From: Pavona decussata
Taxonomy: Eukaryota
Reading direction: 5' to 3'
NCBI GenBank assembly: GCA_977016875.1
Contig: CDRNST010000128.1
Coordinates: 310,001-374,000 of the forward strand
Length of the DNA: 64,000 nucleotides
The position numbers and the translations under genes were made by a program. Below, piece by piece: positions 49,925 through 61,641 of the stretch (its first letter is position 1; each line of letters begins with the position of its first letter). A model generated the notes under the pieces. It did no database searches, was not told the DNA's origin, and was given only the letters and a program-made list of their open reading frames with translations.

Positions 49925-52545
49925 TCAATCAAAAACACCGGATGTTTCTTTTATGTTCCCGTGTTGTACTATCTCTTTCTCGCTTTTCTTTTTGATGGTG
50001 TCTGCAGTTCTTTCTGACACGTTGAATTTGTTAATCTTCTTGACAACTGAATCAGAATCTCCATTTTCAATGTCTTTCAAGTTTATTCTTGCATCCAAGT
50101 CTCCATCCTTGGCCTGACCTTCTATGCGCATGTCTTCCGGTGAGTCCGCTGTACCTTTGTCTGAGGCGCCGATGTATTTGCCAGAAGGGAAATTCACTCT
50201 GAGTTCTTCAGAAGCGGTCAATACAGAAGTGATGATAGAGAAGAACATGGACACTCCTAATAACACTACAAAAGCTCTCAGAAGTTCCATGACTATACCC
50301 AATGCATCAGAAGGAGCTTGGCCTGAAAAAGCAATCAAAAACAATGACTTGATTGTTTTTCCCTTATCTAACTGAACACGTTGTGCTATTGATAATTATA
50401 GTTTATAGATTTCTAGCTTATATTATGTTCAGAATTTATGTACATGATATAGGATTTTTTTGTTGTACCTCGCTTTTGATTATATTTTCCAGGGAAATTG
50501 ACGTAATATAGCCCACAAATTGTCACCATAACCATTACCGTTACTCCGTTACTATATTCTTTCATTGGTGATTACATTTGATGCTGCTTCCGTTAGAAGC
50601 ACGTAATAAAGTTGATAATGTTGTTGTTGCTGTTGCTGTTATTGGCTCTAGATTCTAGGTCCGTCAACTCCTAACCGACACAATGCGCTCGAGTGACCCA
50701 CAAGTTTAAAACTGCGTTTTAAAATTATAAATAAAGAGACAGTTTAAATATTTTTAATGCCTCTGAAAATTTAAGCACATGAAGAGGTTCCTTACTATCC
50801 CCTCCCCCCTCCCCTCCCACACACAGACACCTCCACCCTGAAAACGTTTGTGCCGGGTTTCTATGAGGTAATGACAGAATAGGATTACATCACTTTCTTA
50901 CCCCCATTCGGCACCAGGTCCCCAAATCCGATGGTCGAGAATGTGATAAAACAAAAATAGACTCCTTCCAAAAAGTTCCACTCTTCTTCCTGCAAATAAA
51001 GAAACGCTCCGACAAACAGCATCACTATGAGTACCAGAAGGGTCCACATGAGAGTCTTAGTCGCGACTATCTCAGATTCCCGCTTGAGTAGTTTTGTTAC
51101 AATTAAATAGTGAATATAACCAATGACTTGATTGACTCGGTCTCCAATGTGACGCAATACCATGAGGTTTAAAGGTATTCCAAATAAGGCAAAAACCATA
51201 CAGAACACGCGACCGCCAACTGTACTGGGAGCCAAATGACCATAGCCTGCAAAGAAGATGAGGGAAGAGTGGGTCTTAACAAAACCTACAGTAATGAAAA
51301 CAACAAAAATTGAAAGAGGGAAAAACAAAAAAAAAAATAAAGAAAATAAAGAACGCAATGAGGGTTACTATGGGCTGGCATTTTCATTAGGTGAAGGAAT
51401 TCATCCGTGGCGGTTTAAGCCTTTCACTTCCATGAGTGATTAATATGTAATTTCCCCTTACATTGTAAAACAGGCAATGTATGAGATGAAGATAAGAAAA
51501 ATTTATCAACTAGGTCATATTTTTTTATGTAACACCAAATTCTGTAAACTAATTTTAAAAAGAAATGTATGACAGTCATTCAGGATTCAGATTATGGGAG
51601 AAAGAGTTAACTGAGTCAAGTCTCGTATGCCCAAAGTTGACGGCTGAAAGTTTATTGCATGTATCTGTCGTTTCCAGCTTAACCTCGTTTAAAGATATAA
51701 GGGGAGAAAATTCCCTCGTTGATAGACATAACATCCAACACCACAGGAAAGACACTGCTCAACTTAAAGCTTTCTTTTGAATCGGGTCACTCAGTCTTGA
51801 GGATCTCTCGATCTACGTATACAAATCTCAAAATGTACCGCCATATTGTTTAGCAAAATGAACAACACAAAAGGAAAACGCTATTCAGAAACTTGAATTT
51901 GAATATAGAATGTGGTTACACTTCAGTATAGAAGGTCAGACAAAGTTGATATCGAATCAATCAACTTGAGACCGGTTTAGGAGAAAGTTTATTTTATGAA
52001 ACTGTTAAACGACTTGCGAAAATAAATTAAATAAGCGCAATTTTTTTAACAACAAGCCGGGAGATTTTTTTTACACTTTGTTTCCCAACCGAAGGCGATT
52101 TTGTTCTTCGAGATATTGTGATTGGGCAAATTTTCTTAAACGTTTCCTCAACAGGAGGGGACATTTTTTGACGGAGTTAAGTATTTGGACGACGTACTTT
52201 GATTGCGAATATAACTTAGACCTTACCCACAGTTGTCACAACACTCCATGTAAAATACACTGAAGCGTAATACGTCCATCTTGAGGTACACCATTGATCG
52301 GGATCTCCCCCACAGCGGTGCTTCACAGCATCTTCAACTTTCTCCACCAAGAAATCAAAATCTTCGGGTGTCATGTTATGCTTTTCTAAAAAGAACTTTT
52401 TCACGGAATTCAACTGCTGTATTTCCAACTTATCATTCTCGTTTTCAAGAACTTGAAAGACAACAGCACCGGAGAGCAGATAAATTCCAAGCAAAGTCGC
52501 CAGACAAATTAAGCGCTTAGTATCCGACGTGAAGTTGAGGGCCAT
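49925..52545 (-). CDS. Two-pore-domain potassium channel (K2P/KCNK family), 3 exons, ~353 aa
   Basis: Exons 52545-52227, 51246-50902, 50322-49925 (1062 nt). M1 YLLSGAVVFQVLE, P1 VVTTVGYGH, M2 FALFGIPL, P2 YFCFITFSTIGFGDLVP, M4 present. Confidence 0.95.
51415..51610 (+). mobile_element. piggyBac-type MITE, TTAA-flanked
   Basis: TTAAGCCTTTCACTTCC ... GGGAGAAAGAGTTAA; homologous to the 43870 copy. Confidence 0.65.
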
Positions 52546-53636
52546 AAGCCTCCATTTCCTTTTTTGATTAACTCTTACCTCGACTGATGTTAGAAGAAGA
52601 TTATTTCACAATGGTTTATCGCTCAGTTAATTGTAAAGACAACGAATGGAACATGACGCCGCGCATGTGCAGTGGCCAGATTCCCGATCACACAATAAGG
52701 CACCGATTTTACCTGGTACCTGCGTGAACATAATCGCGGGTTGAGACTAAAAGAATTTGAATTTTTATTCAAAGTCGATTAAGAAAGAAAAATAAAAAAA
52801 AAAAGTTGTTTTTAACTTACTGCTCATACGAATGAGCAGCACTGCGCTCTGAGTGGTTCCTAGAAGTAAGCTATCGGCTCTTATTACAGGCCAATTAATA
52901 CACTAGCGTTCTCATTGGAAAAATTCACCCAAGCCGGAAAAAAATGAAAAACATTCAGTTCTTGAAGGAAAGGATTCCTTTGGTTAATAAATAATCTTCG
53001 CCAAAACGAGTCTATATGATAAAATAGTTACAACTGGCTGTTCAATCAAGGGTATTACAACTCATAATTAAAGGCAATTGTCTGCCTAGATTACAAACAA
53101 TGAACACATGTAAATTACAAGCTAAGAACACAAGACTGCCGATTGAAATAATCGCATCTAGTTCGTGAACCTTTAGAACCGAATAATTCTCTACTAAAGA
53201 CCTAAAATAAATTGTAGCTTGTTGTTGGAAATTCAGAACTTAACTGACCAAAGGTGTGGCAGCAAGTACGATGAGGTATGTAAGATTGTAAGCAATCGTT
53301 CTTCTAAAACTTAACTTCACGAGTATCAAGATAATTATCACTCCAAGACATATTTTATATAAATGATATTAAGGCCTATATATATCTTTTATCCGTGGTA
53401 CAATCTGGACTGATCTTAAAAACTACACAACTGGCAAGTCAGGATAACCTGCCTCAAAATCACATGCGATGCAACTCCCTGGGAGCTTTTCCAAAGTAAA
53501 TTAATTTCTATTTCCCGTTGGGCTCTCAAGCTGCAATGTATGTTAACCAGAATCTGAATATTATTCAGTTTAAGTTTTGCTTTTAATCTTATAATATTGT
53601 ACATGTATAAACGAAATTATTTAGTATCCTTCCAAA

Positions 53637-53991
53637 AGGCCTGGACAAACGAGTGTAACATCATGAAACACTGTTGGCCTGGATGACGTTGCACAGTGTT
53701 GAACGAGCGAGGTGACAAACGAATGCGACATATTTGACGCAACAATTGGACTCAAGGGTCTGGGATCAAAATCTACCCGGAATTCTTAGAAAACCAAACC
53801 CGCGCCATGCCGCGAAAAATGGCGTGAGACCAGTCGACCTCGCCGTCGGACCAAGTTCAAGTTCAGGTTTATTCAAAAATCAGGCAAAAATGCAACATCG
53901 TGCAGCATGGTGGCCAAACGAGTGTAGCATGTTGGATTCAACAATGTTGGACGATATTACATCAACATGTTGCATCCGATTGGCTAGGCCT
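53637..53991. mobile_element. PIF/Harbinger-like MITE
   Basis: Imperfect TIRs AGGCCTGGACAAACG ... CGATTGGCTAGGCCT; internal CAACA/TGTTG repeats. Confidence 0.55.
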
Positions 53992-54056
53992 AATACTGAA
54001 ACTGAACATATATATTTCAAAACGGTACAAGCTCTCAGTATTGGCTATAAAATAAG

Positions 54057-54057
<1 letters not shown>

Positions 54058-54116
<59 letters not shown>

Positions 54117-54125
54117 GTAATAGTA
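54058..54125. repeat. (TAA)n microsatellite
   Basis: Directly visible, just downstream of the GPCR stop. Confidence 0.9.
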
Positions 54126-54161
54126 ATTGGTTTTAATAACAGAATGGAGGTTTGAAAAGTG

Positions 54162-55370
54162 TTACAGTTTAGTGTCATACACAAGTTTATCTTCGACACC
54201 TTCGTGATCCTTATGAACTCCCAGTCCAGAAACATCAGGCGAGCCTTTGTCCTTTGCTGTTTCTTCATGTTTTTTTTCCATAGTCTTTGTGTGGCACAAA
54301 TCAAGTTGATCATCAAGGTCTTCATGAGCCAGGTTATCAATCCCCAAACCAACTTCATCAGGAAAGTTATCTTCTCTAAACTCCTCAACGAATTCACCAG
54401 TACTTGGACACATCCGGGATAACCTTCGCAGAACGACCTCGTGACGCGACGGATTTCCAACCTGCGAACTCCTCGGAGAAACTTCCACGGACTTTTGTCG
54501 CTTTAAAAACAGAACTTTTAAAGATCGACGACATTGACGGATGCGGAATGTATAAATGAAGGGATCACAGGCGGAGTTTATAAAGCGAAAGGAAAGAGAA
54601 ATTCGTCGGAAGATCATGAACCAGTCGCCTTGTACACAATGGGAACAGTGCACTTCAATTAGAGTCATTAGGTAAAATGGCGCATGAGACAAAACAAGAA
54701 AGAGAACTATAAGAATAGCAGTAAATGCGAACTGTTTATCAATGTCAAATCTGCGCTCCATAGCGGCGGCAAAAGAGCTGTCACTCGCGTCCGAGCTCAT
54801 AGAACACGCGCGGCGTCTGTATCTACGCAAGAGGTGGAGCAGAAGGAAGTTAAAAATCAACACGGACACCAACGGAAAAGTCAAATTCAGATGAAGCTGT
54901 AAAGTGTAATAAATTCCCATCGGAATACTGCTCAATTGAAGCAAACAAAAAATGAAGGAATATGCCACGATGCAAACCACACATGTCAGCGTTTTTCGAC
55001 TGCTCGCCGTCGCACGGTAGTAAAACGGAAATGCGACGGCGATTAACCGCTCTCCAGACAGACCCATAACGAGCAGTGTACCGTTATTAAGCGCGAAAAG
55101 ACCAATGAAAGTCGCAAAGAACCCAGCCTCCGGTACGTTTCGCATGCCATCCGGAATGCAATAAATTTCACTGACAATATTAAAGGTGCCGGTGATCGAG
55201 CCTGTTAAAAAGTCGTTGACCGCTAACGCGGCGATCAAAACTGTGATGGGCTTACGAAAACAGTTCAGTGGGTCCTTGTACATGACGTAAAGTAGAACTC
55301 CATTTGCCACCATAGCGAGGAGGGACAATATACCAGTCACAATGGCAGAGCATATGCATATCGCGAGCAT
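54162..55370 (-). CDS. Intronless rhodopsin-class GPCR (orphan, adenosine/amine-receptor-like), 402 aa
   Basis: TM1 ANG, TM2 LAVND, ERL in place of DRY, TM6 SHAPFY, TM7 NSACDPFIY, long acidic C-tail. Confidence 0.95.
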   Translation of the reverse strand: MLAICICSAIVTGILSLLAMVANGVLLYVMYKDPLNCFRKPITVLIAALAVNDFLTGSITGTFNIVSEIYCIPDGMRNVPEAGFFATFIGLFALNNGTLLVMGLSGERLIAVAFPFYYRATASSRKTLTCVVCIVAYSFIFCLLQLSSIPMGIYYTLQLHLNLTFPLVSVLIFNFLLLHLLRRYRRRACSMSSDASDSSFAAAMERRFDIDKQFAFTAILIVLFLVLSHAPFYLMTLIEVHCSHCVQGDWFMIFRRISLSFRFINSACDPFIYTFRIRQCRRSLKVLFLKRQKSVEVSPRSSQVGNPSRHEVVLRRLSRMCPSTGEFVEEFREDNFPDEVGLGIDNLAHEDLDDQLDLCHTKTMEKKHEETAKDKGSPDVSGLGVHKDHEGVEDKLVYDTKL

Positions 55371-57881
55371 GAAGTTGTTTAAATATCAGAAAAAAAAACT
55401 CCTCAGTTCAAATTCTCCGTTCTGTAACTTTTCACGCGTGCTAAGATCAGTTTAACCCCTTTTCCTAGAAATCCTAACCACTTTTGACTCGTGCCTTGCC
55501 AGCTGTTTCATCGCGCAACAACAATAGAATATTATATTGTAATCATCCCAAAAGAAATTCAAATTCAGTTCAATTACATGCGTTGCCAAACAATTGGCCT
55601 GCCCGCCGGCCATATCAGGCGCAATGCACGCTTCGTTGAATAACGCTCGCCACGCTCGTAGCTTTTGACGAGATTTTTGTAGAGTTCATTACGCGGAATT
55701 AGGAGCGAAACAGACTAAATCTTAAGTTTCTTAGCCGATTAGATCTTTGCCAATCAAATATTTTGAAAGTAATACCACAGAGGGCTCCAGTGGTCTTAAA
55801 GAGATCTACAGCTTCTGTAATCATCTACGTACGGAGTCTTTCATTAAGATATTACAAAGATTATAAGATTATTTGTTCTGCGTGAAACACATCTAAGGTT
55901 GCTTAGATGAACGGTATTAACAATGGGAAAATGGGTCAACGCATTTTTGACAGAATTAACAGTTCCTTACCAAATTTAAAATATTTGTTTAATTTGACCA
56001 GGAATTGAAGACCCCTGAATGATAGACTGTGGTCGATAACTGACTGGCCTGCCATAAGACCTGGCACGAATAAAGTTTGATAGATCACAGCGAAAAAGTA
56101 AACAGGATAAATGGCTTCAAAATTAACATCAATCGAAGTGCTCAATAAACTGTAGACTGGGGGCTAGACGCGAGCCTCAAACGCCCTCGCGAGTGAGAAT
56201 CCACGCGTTCGGCGCTCTCGCGAGTTCGAGCTTTTCTCCGAGTCCTCTCTTCCTCCGTGATCAGTTCAATAGAAAAAGATGACCACGGTTTTTGCAACGG
56301 TCCAAATAAACAACAAGAGGCAATTCTTAGACGAGCAGTATATTTGGACTGCTTTAATAAAAAGTACGATTTGAATTTGTGGGACTTGAGGCGTTACTTA
56401 TAACTACACTTACGCTAAGCTTAGATTGCAAATAAATTTCTATTTTTGACAATCGCATTACGTAAAGCTTACTTGAAATAGTTTAATTATACCAAGGGAA
56501 ACAAACTGTTGGGTTGGTCCTGGCCTTTTCGGTCAATCATTTTCGGGTCGATCACTGCGTGACTTGCCTAATGAATGATAAATTAGAATGATGTATTATC
56601 TCATTTATTCACCAGGCTTAAAATATCCCATCACATCTATTCCAATGATCTATTAGTAGATATGCTATGTGTACCGTCTTTCATTCTAAATCTGGATCGT
56701 ATAAACGAGTGCCCGTAACGAATTACGCCATTGGGCGTGGAACACAGTGCTAAACTTCTTAAAGAGAGAGATTTCGCTTCCTGCGTTTCATGGCGAACAG
56801 AAGCATCTCCAACTTCAGGGACGCAGCCAGACTTTAATTAAGAAGAGGCGAGTGTTGAAAGTACCGAACGCGCGAACCTCTAAGGGGGACTGGGGACAAG
56901 CTCCCCCACAAAATGTTGAAATTTAGAAGTTCTGGAATTTTAACACTTCTTCATGGAGCGAGGGCCATGAATATATCTTCCGAAAAATATTGGTCTAGTT
57001 CTAGAGCAATATGGAATCTTTTTTATTTCTTTCATGCAAGTCAACAATATTTACCCTCGCACCAGGCCAGTGTGTGATGAAGGAACATTCAACTATAGTT
57101 AAAAAACGGTGGAAGGCTTGCACGACTCTTCTTGCTATTGTATGGCCCCTTTTCCTCAAATTTGCTTGCCTTATAAGGGCGAAGCTTTCAGGACGTAATC
57201 AAAATTGCTATTTGGGAATTAGTTTCCAACCAACAGCAGTTGTTTTCGTTTTCTGGGTGGGGGTAATACAAGAATAAAAGAACCAAGACTGGCCTCGTTT
57301 GTCTCGTGAGCTACGCTATGACCCTTGGCTTGCTCCACCGTCTTGAAGCTTAAATCTAGGAGACACCCTGAAAGCTAGAACGCACAGTGTTGATTGGAGT
57401 AGAAACTGAAAATGGTATACAGTAAACGCGAAAAATGAAGCGAAAATCAGGTTCCTGTGGCTTCCTGTCGTCCGCTTTTGCCGTAAACCGTAAGGCTTAA
57501 TACAGACACTTAGGGAGAGTACGTTTACGCAAAACGGCAGAGATGACCACGTGGCCATTTGCACTATTCTCATTTACGTACTCATTTTTTGAATAAAACA
57601 AAAACGCGAATCTCCCGTTTGCCGTTTGACGTGAAGGTAATTCTAAATCTCTCAATCTTTCAAGAGTGTCTTGCCAGAATTTTACTTACCATTACCCGCC
57701 GACAATTTCAGGACGTGCATGTTAAAGATTAATCGAGTAGTCGCATAATTTTGCCTATTATCTAACATTAATTTGTATCCATCAAAATTGGTGATTCTAT
57801 AATATAGACAACACAATTCAAACTTGAACGGCAATTTATGAAGTTATTCTATACCGTCATCACACTATTAAAGTAACGTAG

Positions 57882-58345
57882 AAAGAGGGTGTTAATTAGC
57901 AGTAAAACACACAAGCAGTAAGACACACAAGTGTATGACACACAACACAATGGCGATACTCAGGAGAAACGGCTTAGTTCTCTGATAGCTTTTAACACTT
58001 TGTTTAGCGATAGTGTCAAACGCTTGATGCGTTTAGTGTTAAGTCCCTTTTATACAACGAAGCTTACCACATTAAGCCAGAACCCTGCACAACTGTGCTT
58101 TGGTAAGCTATAGCCACTAAATCAAAGCGCTATGGCCACGTTAAGTGGTTAGCCCTAGCAGTATGATGAGGGTAATACTTTGTCATCCCATAAGCCTAGC
58201 ATTTTCAATCCCGTACAAAGAGGGTGTTAATTAGCAGTAAAACACACATCACACAACACAATGGCGATGCTCAGGACTGCTACCATTTAAGTCTTTGTTT
58301 AGCGATGGTGTCAAACGCATGATGAGTTAAGCTCCTTTTATAATT
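57882..58345. repeat. Direct duplication (~130-170 bp units at ~57882 and ~58218)
   Basis: AAAGAGGGTGTTAATTAGCAGTAAAACACAC...ACACAACACAATGGCGAT..CTCAGGA...TTGTTTAGCGAT.GTGTCAAACGC occurs twice, ~335 bp apart. Confidence 0.75.
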
Positions 58346-58382
58346 ATGTAACTACTCGGATAAATTAATGTTTGTCATCCAG

Positions 58383-58621
58383 GCCCCAGTTGTTCAAAGG
58401 CCGGATAACTTTATCCGCTGGATAAGGCACTCTTCAGCGTCTAAAATATACTTCACGTTAAATGTTGTCCAAGGTTTTCGTACACTCCCCAACTAAGCAG
58501 TGGTTAGAGTGTGCATATTTGCTTGTGCACGAGGAAATACTGAAATCTTTGCACAGATTGAAACTGTCGGATAGTGACTTATCCACTGGATAAAGTTATC
58601 CGGCCTTTGAACAACTGGGGC
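58383..58621. mobile_element. Harbinger-like MITE with ~45-bp TIRs and CAG TSD
   Basis: CAG|GCCCCAGTTGTTCAAAGGCCGGATAACTTTATCC ... GGATAAAGTTATCCGGCCTTTGAACAACTGGGGC|CAG. Confidence 0.85.
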
Positions 58622-59037
58622 CAGGTCCTTCACCAGTTAAGGAGGCAATTAACCCAAATTTTCGAGAAAAAAAAATCATTCGAACACGAATATTCATAAT
58701 TCGCGTAAAAATAGACCTTATAAGGTGAGTTTTCAAGTTCAGATTTGTTTTCTGCCCAAATTTGAAAATCTCACCAAAATTAACATTGATTTACGGATTT
58801 TTGTTGCTATGGAGTTTATTGAGACCGTTTATAAAAAAAAAAAAGAAAATTAAAAAAAATTAAAATAATTTAAATTGCACTTTCACAGGGAGTATTCAAC
58901 ATAAAGTATGATTGTCACCAAAATTACAAGCAGTTTCTTTAAAGTAAATAACAAAGTTTGTTGCCAACTCCAAACCAAAAGAAATAAAACAATGAATAAA
59001 ACAAAACAAAATCCACAACGCCGCTCAAGAAGGTATT

Positions 59038-61430
59038 CTACTCCGCTTTTTTCACTTTCTTTTTAACTCCATCTTTTGGTTTCCCATTTGTGGTTTTGTT
59101 TTCTTGCTTTTCACCTGCAATAACAACGATTAAAGTCTGCTAAATAACTAGACACATTACCAGCTAAGAATCTTCGTAATTACATGCAATAATTATCTGT
59201 CCATACAATACAATACAATACAATACAATATCATGCCATAAGATACATGATTCAATTCATTTAGTTTATTTGTTTATCTAGACACCAAAATTGAGTATTC
59301 CATTTCAAATACCATTCTCAAACTCATTAACAATTCATTAGAGCAAAACGAAAGAAATCACTACCATGAAGGAGGCAGCAAATGTGAACTTTTTCTTTGA
59401 TTTTCTCCAAGAATTATTAATTGTTTGAGAAGCTGTATCACACCCTCCGAGGAGTATTTCATCCTATTTCCAAACATCTCAAAATTGGTTAAAGAACCTG
59501 GCAGCAACTCGTTTTTTCAACCCACTTCTCCTTGTTTGGAAATTGGAGGAAACGCTCTTCCTCGTGTTTGACAGTTATGTTATTAAATACTCCTCGTTCT
59601 GTTTCCTTCCTTAGCCCCTTGCTGCCCAAGTGTTTTTCCCCCAATTTAAACCTTAAATGAAATCACAAAAACAGAGATGGATTTCAGTTTCAATTTGAAA
59701 GAAACATCATTGTTTAAAACATTAAAAAATAAAAACTACAAAAAATCACAGATCAAAACATAATGTACGACTCAGCAGATGCAGTCAGAGTGTCCAAGAC
59801 CAGTTTTAATTACTGACCAAAAAATCATTTATTTGCCTTTTAAAGTGTATTGTAAAATTACTATGAAAAATTGTTTTTGTTTCTTGTCTCGATCAAAATT
59901 TAGCAGGCAACTGCTTCTTAAACATAATATGTCATTTCACCTGGCAGTACCCAGTTGCTGCACTTTTCGTGAATCTTATGTCTGCAGTACCTTTGTAAAC
60001 CCCTCCACATTAAACTAAGTTGTTGAATAAATCTAAAACCTACCTCCCCAAATAAACCTTGTCTTCCACTTGCCCAAGAAATAGAAGAACAAAAGAACAC
60101 AGGCAGCCATAACAAAGAATGCTACTCGACCAGAATTAGGCATCACACGAAGGAACGGATACACCCAGAAATCTGTTACATAGGCAATCCATGTTATCCT
60201 GAGTAGAAAGTGTACACATTACAAAGAGAGAGACTGAATGCCCTTATCTATTCAAGGTAACCCCATCACATATCAGTGACTAAATAAATGCTTTGATCCA
60301 TATTTACCAATGTATTGACCCATGTTTTTGTTTGGTCATAAGAGCAAAACAAACATACAGTATTACATATTTGGCAACAAAACAACATTATTTTATATGC
60401 CACACTATCTTAAACCCTTGATGTTACAACATAAAACTAAGAATACCGTAGTATAACTTACTTCAACAATCCAATCTTCAGATTGTTGCTTCAGGTAGCA
60501 AATTTCCAATATGATGAATATGATGATTACTAAATTAGGTTGCATGAGAAAGTTCCTCATGATCCTCATAATTTTCTATAGTCACAGCCTTGGATGAGGA
60601 AACAAATATTTTTGCAATGAACTTCACATAAGGCAGGAGTACAAATAAAGGTTGTTGTTGTTGTTGTTGTTGTTGTTATGGCTGCTTAGTGAAAGGGTCA
60701 AGAGGCAATGTTGGCTTTATTGCGGACACCCTTGGGACCGCAAGTTAGTGTCCTTATTAGCGAGAGTCCGTAAAATAGTGAGAATTTATTTCAGTTGAAC
60801 ATCTGTACTCTATTATTATCGAGGCATCTGTATAGCATGGTGTCCACGAGGCGACTGTTGTCTGCATTAATACAGTAACTGTAACTCTATATGACCAGTA
60901 AAAACATTATATGGAATGAGAAAAAAATCAACTAACTTAAGGTTTAAAAGTTACTCAGTCTGGACATTCTGCACAGTCTGCATTTTCACTGACCAAAACC
61001 TTCAATTGTAACACTATACAGAAAAAAAAAAGTCAGATGCATACTTACCATAGAAGATAGGCCACACCAAAGGAAATTAACAGACCCAAGCCTGTCCTAT
61101 TCCTCGGATATTTGTGTCGAATAAATGCACCTTCTACAATGATAATAACGGCACACCACGTATGCTGAAAAATAATTTAAAGCAATGACATCATTGTAAA
61201 ATGGTTTGCAAGATGAACAGTCACCTCTGAATAGTAAAGCTAGCATAATCACTAAGTAATAAATATAATTGGTCTCAATATGGATCAATTAAAAAATGAA
61301 ACAACAACACAACTTAAGACTTACATAACATTTGCTTGCTATGTAAATGTTGTTGTTCAAGAAGTGGTTAATTATTTCTTGCATGTCTATTCCTCGGCTT
61401 CAAAATTATGTAAACTTAGTAATTAAATAC

Positions 61431-61461
<31 letters not shown>

Positions 61462-61603
61462 TAATGAACATAAGTGAGAAAATATGGCATTTCAAAACAA
61501 TCATGACTTCATTTTCAAGGTTGTATGAAATTGGCTTCAAAACGTTGGATTTAATTCTCGCTTCTTTTCATTATTGATAATGCATTTCAAAATGCTCTCT
61601 TAC

Positions 61604-61641
<38 letters not shown>

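Noticed and set aside
54035-54460. 141-aa ORF with poly-Ile
   Set aside because: Alternative frame of the GPCR tail running into a (TAA)n microsatellite
58155-58200. Hammerhead-like TGATGAGGG...CCC in the direct-repeat spacer
   Set aside because: Both conserved boxes deviate (ATGATGA, ATAA) and there is no convincing stem I or III
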